Assembly (NCBI RefSeq): GCF_009834535.1
Contig: NC_045717.1
Location: forward strand, 23,560,001-23,624,000
From: Camelus ferus
Taxonomy: Eukaryota
Direction: 5' to 3'
DNA: 64,000 bases
Below, piece by piece: positions 40,121 through 49,447 of the stretch. The notes under the pieces are model-generated. The model was given only the letters and a program-made list of their open reading frames with translations. It did not search any database and had not been told where the DNA came from. The translations under genes and the position numbers were made by a program. Numbering within the stretch: the first letter of the stretch is position 1; each line of letters starts with the position of its first letter.

Positions 40121-40251
40121 CTTCTGCAGGAGAGCCTCAGTGGGGGCAGTGAGCACCAGGTGGGAGCCCAGGCGTGCGTAGTGATAGGCCAGCTCCTCCC
40201 CCACACCTGCACTGGCTCCGGTCAGCAGCACTCGGGCTCCCTGGAGGCTGG
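40121..40251 (-). CDS. HSD11B1L: HSD11B1L coding exon 2 (Rossmann TGxxxGxG motif)
   Basis: SLQGARVLLTGASAGVGEELAYHYARLGSHLVLTAPTEALLQK; AG/GT. Confidence 0.96.
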
Positions 40252-40334
40252 CTGGCAGTGAGCAGGGCTGGTCAGCTTGGGGGTTGGACAGGACAGCCGG
40301 ATCATTCCTCCCTCCTCCACCCCAAGGCACTCAC

Positions 40335-40407
40335 CTGGGTTAAAGTTGTCATCCCAATAATAGGCAAAGAACAGGGCTCCCAGCCCAGTGAGGAGTAGCA
40401 TCTTCAT
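40335..40407 (-). CDS. HSD11B1L: 11-beta-hydroxysteroid dehydrogenase 1-like (SDR), first coding exon
   Basis: MKMLLLTGLGALFFAYYWDDNFNP; N-terminal anchor; donor GTGAGT; the 7 coding exons sum to 864 nt = 287 aa + stop. Confidence 0.94.
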
Positions 40408-42123
40408 GGCCCTCCCTGGGTCTGCAGCAGGAGAGAGGTGGCCGGCACAGGCCTGGCCCACAGTCATACCCATTTCCCCAACTGTGTCTTTGTTAGAAGA
40501 GCACGCAGTGATGCCCCCAGCCTTGGCCCTGCCCCCTCTTGCCCATCTCCATGGCCACCACTGGCTCCAGGTTATCATACAGATCACTGGAACCACTGCA
40601 CCGGTCTCCTCCCCCTGCTGAAACCCCTGCCTGTATCACTTAGAATCAAAGCCTCAGTGACCAAAAAGGCCTTGCCTGGACCAGCCCCTCTTGTTCACTC
40701 TGCTTTGCCACTCCATCTTCTTCACTGTTCATCAGAACGAGCTAGTCATCATCCTGGCTCAGAACTTTTGCACTGGCTGTTCCCTCTGCTGGGAATACTT
40801 TTCTGGAATGCAACCAATGGCTTGCTCTTTCAAGTCTCACCTCCAAAATCACCTCCTCGGAGCGTGCTTCCCTGGCTTCCTTCTCTAAAGCACCTCTATT
40901 CCTGGTCCCTCTCTCTCCCTTATCTGTAGAACTTTCTTTTCCTTCTCAGCACTTGGTCATCCCCTTAAATCATCTCGATGATTTGTTACATGTTCAGGAT
41001 CCCTCTTTGCCCTTAGACTCAGTTCCATGGGGCCAGGAAAGAAATGGAAACCTGCTTCTATTTTGCTCACTTTTGGATCTTCAATGCCCCAAACTGCCAG
41101 ACATGCAGTACATCCTCAATAGATATTAGACTAACCCACAGTGATATGAGGGACGTGGGAAGTGAGAAGTGGGAGAGCCCAGAAAGACAACTGTCTGGGG
41201 ACACCCCATGGAACTGGACATTCAGGACTGGTTTGGAGATAGAGGTGTCTGTGTCATCAGGTTAAGATGTGACTTCAGCTGCGGGAATCAAGGTACCTGT
41301 TCTAGGCAGAAGGTGAGAGAGAAATAGGCAAAGTGCTTAACGTTCTAGGAGTCGTGGGTCTCCCATGAAAAGGGCATAGGCCCATCACATCTTGGGGTTT
41401 TTAATAATCCTCTGAACTTCATGGGGCAAAGAAGAAAGGTTGACTTCCAGAACACAGGAAGCTGAGAGGTGTTGGGGTTGGTAAGTCCTCAAATCTCCAA
41501 GCTCTAAATCCAGTCCGACCTCCTTTGCCCCCACTGCGAAGTTCCAGCTGCCTCCTCCCTGGCTCTCCCATCTTCACACTCCCTCCCTCCCACTCTATCC
41601 TTTCCAAACAGCCATAGGGAGTCTTCAAAAAAAAAAAAAAAAAAAATCTGGCATGTCTCTTCCTGCTCCAAATCCTCCCAGGATTTGCCACTGCCCCAGA
41701 TGGAGGCAAACTCCTCACCTCAGCCCACAAGACCCAGTAGGTCTGACCCCTGCCCTCCTGTCCAACCTCATCCAGCTCCGCTCCTGTCTATGAATCTTCC
41801 AGTTCTCAGAAAAGTGAACTCCTCGCCCTCATCAGGGAATGCTCTCTCACTTCTTCCCACTTCCAGGGAAAAGCTGTGAAGCCCCTCAGCTCAACTCTCT
41901 CCACAACCCGGCCCGGACCACAGCGGCCCTGCAGGGGTTGGCTGGTAGGCAGGGTGGGTGGATGGATGGATGAATGGGATGGAGGAAGCAGCCAGGCCGT
42001 GATGAGGGTTGAAAGGGGAAAACTCGATCCCCGCAGAACCCACAGGCCCCCTGACCTTGCTGGGCCTCAGTTTCCCCTCTGGACAAAGGGGGCGTGAGAC
42101 CCACTGCACGCTCCCATCCGCGC

Positions 42124-42330
42124 ACTCACCCAATCAGGCCTAAATTTCTCCCTCGGTCCAGCGGGGCTGGGGTCCGGGCCTGGGAGCCGCGCATACGCCC
42201 CTCTGCCCTCCCTTCGCGGTCGTGTCCACCCAGCCCCCGACCACGCCCCCTCCCGTAGGACCTGAGCCACGTGACTCCTCGCCCACCTCCTCGCGGGGAG
42301 GGGCCCGGCTGTGGGGGACTCTGCGCCGGG
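42124..42330 (-). other. HSD11B1L: Putative non-coding exon 1 of HSD11B1L (upstream edge uncertain)
   Basis: Consensus donor TTGG|GTGAGT (exon ends at 42130) at the edge of the CpG island; the ATG exon has its own acceptor at 40422, so an upstream exon is required. Confidence 0.6.
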
Positions 42331-42907
42331 CGTTGCCGGGCAACTACCTCCCGCCTGGCTCTCCCTTGGCCCCGCCCTCGTAGGAAAGCCCCACCTACAC
42401 GATCACGTGACTAAAGATCCGCCTATCTTGTACAAGTCCGCCCTCTTGTTGCCGTGACAACCGGCTTCCTGGCACTGTCTTCCTAGGCCTGGGTCCTCAG
42501 TCCCCCGCGCGGGCGCGGGTGGATCGCCCAGGCTCCGACATCTCTTTGGTCACCCTCAGGCTTCACTCCAGACACCCGACTCCTCCTTTCCTCACGTCGC
42601 CAGGGCCGTGGCGCGCCGGACTGCATTTCCTAGGAGGCTGGGCGGCTAAATGAGCTGTCATCACGGGGCGGTGCTGACTACTTTTCCCAGACAGCTTTGC
42701 GGCGGCCGGGCCCTGAGGTAAAAGCTCCGCAGGATCATTTTGCAGTCGGACCGCTACCCCTCTCTGTCGTCTCGGAGAGGTACAGAGACTCCGACTCCCG
42801 GAGGCCTTTGCGACTGATAAGAGACTACGTCTCCCAGAGGGCTTTGCGGCGCCTCGACCGGAAGCGACGGGCGAGCCGAGTGTCCTTGCGCGCGGAGCCG
42901 AGCAATC
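42130..42907. promoter_or_regulatory. Bidirectional CpG-island promoter, HSD11B1L/MICOS13
   Basis: CpG-rich; two CACGTGAC E-boxes, two RFX X-box-like palindromes, four ZNF143/THAP11-like elements. Confidence 0.82.
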
Positions 42908-42936
42908 ATGGTACCCCGAGTGTGGTCCTTGATGAG
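42908..42936 (+). CDS. MICOS13: MICOS complex subunit MIC13 (QIL1/C19orf70), exon 1
   Basis: atcATGG start; MVPRVWSLM(R); donor GTTCGT; the 4 exons sum to 357 nt = 118 aa + stop. Confidence 0.93.
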
Positions 42937-43491
42937 GTTCGTGTGACCACCGGGCGGGCCCCAAGCCCCCGAAAAGGTTCTCTTCTTTGGGCACCGTACT
43001 CTGGTTTGCTCCCGACCAGCTCTTCGCTTCCCGTAGTGCCAGGTCTCCCGTGTCGGTTCGCGGTGGGGCTTCCCGAGGTCGCCCGTCGCCTCCTTCCCGC
43101 TTCCTAGCGAGTCCTTGCTTCCTTACTCTGCACACGAGACCCCTCCGAGCCTCGGTTGTCTGCTCTGTAAAATGGAGCAGGAGTGCCGCACGTGTTTGTT
43201 GGGTGGTTAATGCGCACTCGGAGCTGCGTGTGACATGCAGGCAGGAAACGACCAGGGACTCTTAGAAAACCCCTGCAGGTTGCTTGTGTAGGATCCGTCC
43301 TGGAGCTGGAAGGTAGAAGGTGGTCAGGGGCCTTAAGTCTTCACTGTGCTTACCTCATTAGCTTCCTGGCTTCCGGTGTGTCACTCTTTGGATTGTGGGT
43401 CTAAACCCCCACTATCACACCCATGGGCCTAGACCGGGAAGGTGGCCAGCGGTGTCTGCTGAGCTGCTGTGGTTCCGTTCCCTGTCTGCAG

Positions 43492-43669
43492 GTTTCTCAT
43501 CAAGGGCAGTGTGGCTGGTGGTGCTATCTACCTGGTGTACGACCAGGAGCTGCTGGGACCCAGTGACAAGAGCCAGGCCGCCCTTCAGAAGGCAGAGGAG
43601 GTGGTCCCCACCGCCATGTACCAGTTCAGCCAGTACGTGTGTGAGCAGACAGGCCTGAAGATACCCCAG
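43492..43669 (+). CDS. MICOS13: MICOS13 exon 2
   Basis: FLIKGSVAGGAIYLVYDQELLG...EQTGLKIPQ; GxxxG in TM segment; AG/GT. Confidence 0.97.
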
Positions 43670-43872
43670 GTACCGCGAGCTGGGATTGAGGCTCAGGCGT
43701 GGCAGGAGCGGGGTTGGGTGTCAGCTCTGGGGTGGCCTTTGATCCCTGGTCCCTGCAGCCCTGCTTGGTGTCCTCCGCGCTGGGGCGTGTGCTGCTCCCC
43801 CTGTCTGTGAGGGAAACTGGGGCTGCCAGGCCTTCCCCTTTCACCCAACCCCTTCTCCCCATCTCTTCCCAG

Positions 43873-43924
43873 CTCCCAGCCCCTCCAAAGTTTAACTTTC
43901 ACATCCGGGAGTCCTGGAATTCAG
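43873..43924 (+). CDS. MICOS13: MICOS13 exon 3
   Basis: LPAPPKFNFHIRESWNS; conserved RxSWN motif; AG/GT. Confidence 0.96.
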
Positions 43925-44267
43925 GTAGGCCAGCTGCTTGGGGGTGGGGTGGGAGGGGGGCGTGGCCCCAGATACCTCCCACCTCCCTCCCTGGCCATTC
44001 CTTTCCATTGCTCCCTTCCTGCTGTGTGTACACTTCCCACGGATCTAAAAGAAAAAGGGAGGTGGGGATTCCAGGGAGGTGGAAGCAAGATAGAGCCTCC
44101 TTTGAGGGCCTGGGGCTGCATCAGAGCACATCGTGTGGCCTCTGCCTTTTTCCCTGTGTGGAACTGAGAGCTGGAAGTCCTGCTTCTAAAAGTCATGCGG
44201 ATTTAGGGTTTCCTGGGGGTTGGACCAAACCCCTTCGCTGAAGGCGCCGGGCCCTCCCTTCCCACAG

Positions 44268-44365
44268 GGATCATCACAATGATGTCGGCTCTGTCGGTGG
44301 CCCCCTCCAAGGCCTGGGAGTACTCCAAAGAAGGTTGGGAATACCTGAAGGAGCGAACCAAGTAG
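44268..44365 (+). CDS. MICOS13: MICOS13 exon 4 (stop)
   Basis: IITMMSALSVAPSKAWEYSKEGWEYLKERTK*. Confidence 0.96.
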
Positions 44366-44477
44366 CCTGTCAGAGGACGCCACCTGCCCCAGGCGGGGGA
44401 CAGGGGCAGGGGCACCAAGGACCTAAAGACACCAGACTGGGACCCCACTCCGAGGGCAGCTCCGGCCTTGCCAGTCC

Positions 44478-44483
44478 AATAAA
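44478..44483 (+). terminator. MICOS13: MICOS13 polyadenylation signal (AATAAA)
   Basis: AATAAA 112 nt after the stop, followed by GT-rich sequence. Confidence 0.85.
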
Positions 44484-44594
44484 GGACTTGGAAGTGTTCC
44501 CCAACCCGTGTGCTGGCCCCGGTGGTGTGGGCTTCTGCCTCCTGGGGGCTCCTTAGGAACTGACCTTAGCTGAAGGCCGAGGCTCACCTTTTCG

Positions 44595-44629
44595 CCTGGG
44601 CCCTGGGCCCTGGGCCCTGGGCCCTGGGC
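44595..44629. repeat. (CCTGGGC)5 tandem repeat
   Basis: Five perfect 7-mers. Confidence 0.92.
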
Positions 44630-46739
44630 CTGGCGTGGGGAGTGCTCAGCAGCCCTGGGAAGGGTTGAGAAAGTGCTGAGGGCCCACCTGGGTCGGTGGT
44701 CTCCTCAGTTCTCGGAGGGCTGAGCCCAGAGCAGGGCAGTCTGGGGGTGAGGGCTGGTCTACACCACCAGGAGCCCCTGCAGCTGCTGATTCTCTGTCCT
44801 GCTCAGCTCACTGGTCTGCCTGCCTAGTCTAGTCCCTGCTTGCGCCTTGTGTTCACTCTCATTGCACCCCCCCCCAACCTGGGGATTCCTGGGGTCATGG
44901 CCTGGTGGTCACGCCATGCAGGGAGTTTCCTTGACCGATAAGGCCCTGTCCTCCAGACGGCCCCTGCTCCCTTGGGAAGCCTTCTCTGACACCCCCGTCC
45001 CTCACGGGGTCAGCTACCTGCTGACCTAAACATCTCCATCCGACTGGAGCTGCAGGGAGGGTCTGCCCTCGAGAGGCTCCCTGTGAGGCCCCCAGCATCC
45101 AGCCACAGAGGGCATCCCACCACGGTGACAGCAGGAGGAAACCTCTGCCCCAGACTAGGTAGGAGGTGGGCTTGGATGGGAGCCAGAGGCCGGCCCAGGA
45201 GGCTCCCGGGAGCAGGGAACTGGCCTGGAAAATGCAGGAGATCTCTGTTCCTAAAAGTTCTGGGCTTTATGTCATTTGATGTAGGAGACAGCCCACTCAG
45301 GGCCATGAGCCAGGAGGGGACAGCAGTGTTTCAGTTGAGGGAAGCAGAGGCCAGAGGCCAGAGGCCAGGCATTTCCCTGGGAGTAGAAGCCAGCACCTGT
45401 CTGTCCATCCCTCTGGCAAGGGAGGAGTAGGGGTAGGGGCAGGGGAGGGAGAGCCCTGAGTGACCTGGTCTCCAGGTGGGTCTCCCATGTCCAGCACGTC
45501 ACCTGGAAGCCACTTGGGTCCCACAGGCCCCTGTCCTTGTTGGACCTCTGTGGAGCATGTCTAAGATGAGGCCTGGATAGGCCAGGCCGGGGGCTGTCCC
45601 TGATCCTCTGCTGCCCAGGATGGAGCTGGTGCTGGCCATTGCAGAGGCCTGGAGGTCAGCTCGGGTTCAAGGGCAAGCCCTGTGACTAGCCCCAGCCTGA
45701 CTATCCACTGAGCCCTTTCAGCAGCCTTATGGGCCCATTTTACAGGAGAAACTTGCCCCACCAGGTTCCTGGTCCCCTCTATCTGCCCAGAGCCCAGGGC
45801 GTGAACTTAAACCCTCGCATTATTACTGTCACCATTTTATGGAGGGAGGGGGAGACCTGCCAAGGCCACCTGCCTTGAACAACCCTTAGCAGCCCAATAC
45901 TGGCACAGTGGAGCACACAGGAAAGGGAAACCAGCCTTGCAGGAAATCCAGGAGCTGCCCTGGGGTTGTGCCTGGCCCTCCTGGAAAACTTGACCCCAGA
46001 CTCTGGTGGCCGGTCACTGACCACAGCCTGCACCCAGGTGCCCAGGGTCAGCTGCCGGCTCTGCTTGGCCCCACAACTCTCCCTGCTGTCTGGAGACCAG
46101 AGCTGCCTCTGTCCCCTCGTCCAGTCAGACCCCAATCCCTCTCTACTGACTTGTATTTCTTAACAGCACCAAGACCACTTCCAGGCCTGCCCCCTCCTCC
46201 TGTTCCTGAAGACCAAGTCTGACGATGTCACCGCCTTACTCAAACGCGTGTGGCTCTCCACTGCCCTCCTTGTGAGCCCACTCCTCCCCTCCATTCTTGG
46301 ACAGACTGGCGGCCCTCAGTTCCCAGAATGCAGCTGGTTTTCCCCACCAGCTTTTGCCCACCAGTTTGCGCCCCCTCCATCAGCCATCCTTCCTCCTGGC
46401 TGAATCCTGTTCATCCTGCCCTCGGCTTAGCCGCCCCCTCTCCCAGGAAGCCTCCCCTAGCTCCTTCCCCAAGCGCCTTCTCTGGGCCTCCTCGGTGCCT
46501 GGTGTGTACTCACACAGCGCCCACCACCCTGGGGCAGAAACTTGCAGCTCAGCATCCCTGACACTGGGGACTGTCCCAGGCACGGCAGGGTGCAGAGCAG
46601 CATCCCTGCCTCCACCTGCCAAACGCCAGCGGCACCTCCTTACCCCCTCTCATGACAACCACAAATGTCTCCTGGTGCAGCCAGAGGTCTTCAGGGGACA
46701 GAATGACCCCAGGTGGTTGGAAATCCAGGCTGAAATCCA

Positions 46740-47050
46740 GGTTGGGCAGGGCTGGTTCCTTCTGGGGGCTCTGGGGGGAGGGGTGGGAGGCTACCATTCC
46801 CTACCTTTTCCGACTTCTGGAAGCTGCTGTGACCCTTGGCCTGCGGCTCACCACCCCCCCCCACCCCCTCTTCACAGCCAGCAGGGTAGTTTTCTCTTTT
46901 TGTATCTCCACCCCTGGCCCTCCCGTCTCCCCATTTCCCTTGTAAAGATTCTTCTGGTAACACAGGATCCACCTGGCCAACCCCAGATAACCTCCCACAT
47001 GAAGGTCCTTGACTGAATTCCACCTGCCGTGTCCCCTTTGCCCTGCGAGG
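46740..47050. mobile_element. MLT1-type LTR fragment (intergenic)
   Basis: gggctggttccttctgggggctctg...ggatccacctggccaaccccagataacctccc. Confidence 0.5.
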
Positions 47051-47629
47051 TGTGTGTACACGGGCTGCAGGGACTGGGTCTGGGGTGAGCCTGGCCTGGT
47101 GGAGCGGGGCTTTGTTCAGCCAACAGGTGTAAGGGCCTGGGCCTGTGTCTCTCCCTGACTGTGGGCCCTGTGGGGACAGGGGCCCGGGCAGCCTTGGTTG
47201 TTGGTGCATCACACCCCTCAGACAGGGCAGATCCTACTTGAACGTGTGAGAGCTGAACCCCAGGGAGGGGAGGCGACCGGCCTGTTTCCATGGAGCCAAG
47301 GGGCAGGTCTGTGGCCACTCTTCCCCCAGTAGGGTAGGCTTGCCTCCACCCCATCCACGTAGCCACAAGGACCCTGGAGACAGGACACCACCGTCCCCAC
47401 AAGCACACCGCCTCAACCAGAAAACGCAGACCCCCTCCCCCGGGAGTCCAGGCAGCACTTGGTCCCTGAACGCACCTGCCTTGCACCATAAGTGGAGACA
47501 CCCCTCCCAACTCCTGTCCTGACAACTCCCCTACCACTTGGACCCTCCCCTCCCCCAGGGGACCCCATCACCTCCTGGTGGCAACAGCTCTTCTGCTTCC
47601 CTTACACCACACCTGGTCACATCTTCCCC

Positions 47630-47835
47630 ACTAGGATGCAATTCCACTCAGAAGATCCCTGGAGGAGTCAAACCCAGAGACAGGAAGTAAGTGGTGGATG
47701 TCAAGGGCTGGGGGAGAGGACAGGGAGTCAGTGTTTAATGGGGGCAGAGTTTCAGTTTGGGAAGATGAGTAAGTTCTGGACATGATGGTGGGGGTGGTTG
47801 TAAGACATCAAGAATGTACATAATGCCACTGAAGG
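47630..47835 (+). mobile_element. L1MB-type 3' fragment
   Basis: gtgtttaatgggggcagagtttcagtttgggaagatgag, homologous to the 32105 copy. Confidence 0.65.
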
Positions 47836-48149
47836 CTGCGAGTCTTAGATGTGGAGGTGGAGCAATGCAAACATCTCAAGGCCACAGAGGAGGGACAGGT
47901 GGCTGACACACATGACCCAGAAGGTCCTATGAACGCTGGGCCTGGGCTCACGCAGGCTGGGAAGTGTGTGCTGTTGGCAAAGTGCTTCTGGAAACCCCAA
48001 CAGTCCCTGAAAGCTGCCTCTTTCCATCCTCCTTCACTGAAGGAAGAGCTGTGGCTTAGCCCTGATGAGTATAATTCCATTTTACTTAAAGAGGTGGAAA
48101 TAAAGAGATGACACTTTAAATAAATAAAGGGTATGTGAACAGAAACACA

Positions 48150-48155
48150 TTTATT
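48150..48155 (-). terminator. SAFB: SAFB polyadenylation signal (AATAAA)
   Basis: TTTATT on +, about 150 nt past the stop, after a U-rich 3'UTR. Confidence 0.8.
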
Positions 48156-48305
48156 ACAAAAAACCAAAAAAACAAAAAACAAATTCACATTGTATTGAGC
48201 TACAATATGGCAGCAGATAAAAAAAAATTATTGTACACAGTTTAAGGTAACTCCTAACAGGACATGTTCTGGTTGCCAAGTGACGTAACACAGGATTCCA
48301 AGCAC

Positions 48306-48435
48306 TTAGTAGCGGCGAGTGAAGCGGGCATCGTTGGGCCGGCTGCCCCGGTTCTGGCCCCCGAAGCCGCCCTGCATGCCGCCGCGCGGGATCACGTGGC
48401 CCCGAGAGGCCCCTCCGGGGGCAAAGCTGCCGCGC
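48306..48435 (-). CDS. SAFB: SAFB exon 21 (RGG tail, stop)
   Basis: RGSFAPGGASRGHVIPRGGMQGGFGGQNRGSRPNDARFTRRY*; SAFB1 C-terminus. Confidence 0.96.
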
Positions 48436-48647
48436 CTGGAACAAAGGTGGATTCTGATCGGCCCACACGGCCCCAGTCTGTGGGCTCTGGCCTGCGCCCT
48501 GCCCTTCAGGGCTTGCTTCCCTCTGGACCAGCAGCAGCAGCACCAGGAAACAGACCTGCACTGTTTCAGCAGCAGGGACATCCAGGTGGGAAGGCCTGAC
48601 TGCCTATAGCTTCACCAAGGCAGCCCACATGCGAAGACCAGACTTAC

Positions 48648-48714
48648 CCCGACATGCCTCCCCGGTTCATCATGTGACCCGGCCCAGAGTGACCAGACAT
48701 ACTTCTCTCGCCAC
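48648..48714 (-). CDS. SAFB: SAFB exon 20
   Basis: GERSMSGHSGPGHMMNRGGMS; AG/GT. Confidence 0.95.
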
Positions 48715-48898
48715 CTGCAAGAACAGACACTGCTGTCACGGTGGAGAGAAGCTACGACACCCACGACACCTCTCCTGTGGCAGAGTCAGCCCCACCCCCA
48801 GGCCACAAGGAGCAAGGCCGCGTGCCCTCACGAGCAGGTGCAACGCCAGCTTTCCAGGTGTTTCTCCAGAGGTGCCCGTGCCGAGTGCCAGTCCTCAC

Positions 48899-49005
48899 CT
48901 TGCCACCTCTTGTGGTCCCTGTCTATCATGCCTCCGTCGGCAGCGCCCTGCCATGCACGATCATCCTCTATTCTTCGGCCATGGTCCCCCCAGTCACGTC
49001 TGCCC
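48899..49005 (-). CDS. SAFB: SAFB exon 19 (tandem acceptor; alternative start at 48999)
   Basis: GRRDWGDHGRRIEDDRAWQGAADGGMIDRDHKRWQ; AAG|GGGCAG|A. Confidence 0.93.
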
Positions 49006-49328
49006 CTTGGAAAAAGACATCTCTGACTTGGATTGCCCCCATTTGCCTTTCAGAACAGCAACATGCTGCGTTCTGGAGGGTGGGTTTAGCATTCTGTGAC
49101 CCCAGCCCCCTAGCCCTTCGAGCAGTGGTGGGTGTAGGGGAGCGGAACTGGCTCTGGGTCTGATGCCGCTCAGAGAGCTCAGAGGCAGCCTGGGCCCTGG
49201 TGAGCGTGCTGGGCTGCAGGGCCTGCACTCAGCTCATCCCTGAGACCAGGGGTCCTGGGCTGGACAGATCGATCCTGCCAGCTGCGTGTGGAGGCCTGCG
49301 TGGACACTGTGGGGTGTGAGACACAAAC

Positions 49329-49447
49329 CTGGGTGGAGGAGGCAGCCCCCGGCCCTCGCTCATCCTCTTGTCAGAGCCGTATCCGCCCCACCCATCGCGG
49401 GAGTCCCGCCCATGGCGCTCTGGTCCTCCGTGGCGTTCGGGGTAGTG
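49329..49447 (-). CDS. SAFB: SAFB exon 18
   Basis: [39 protein letters not shown]; AG/GT. Confidence 0.96.

Noticed and set aside
46297-47537. 170-240 aa ORFs between MICOS13 and SAFB
   Set aside because: They overlap LTR and MER fragments, show no recognisable domain and have no promoter or exon structure
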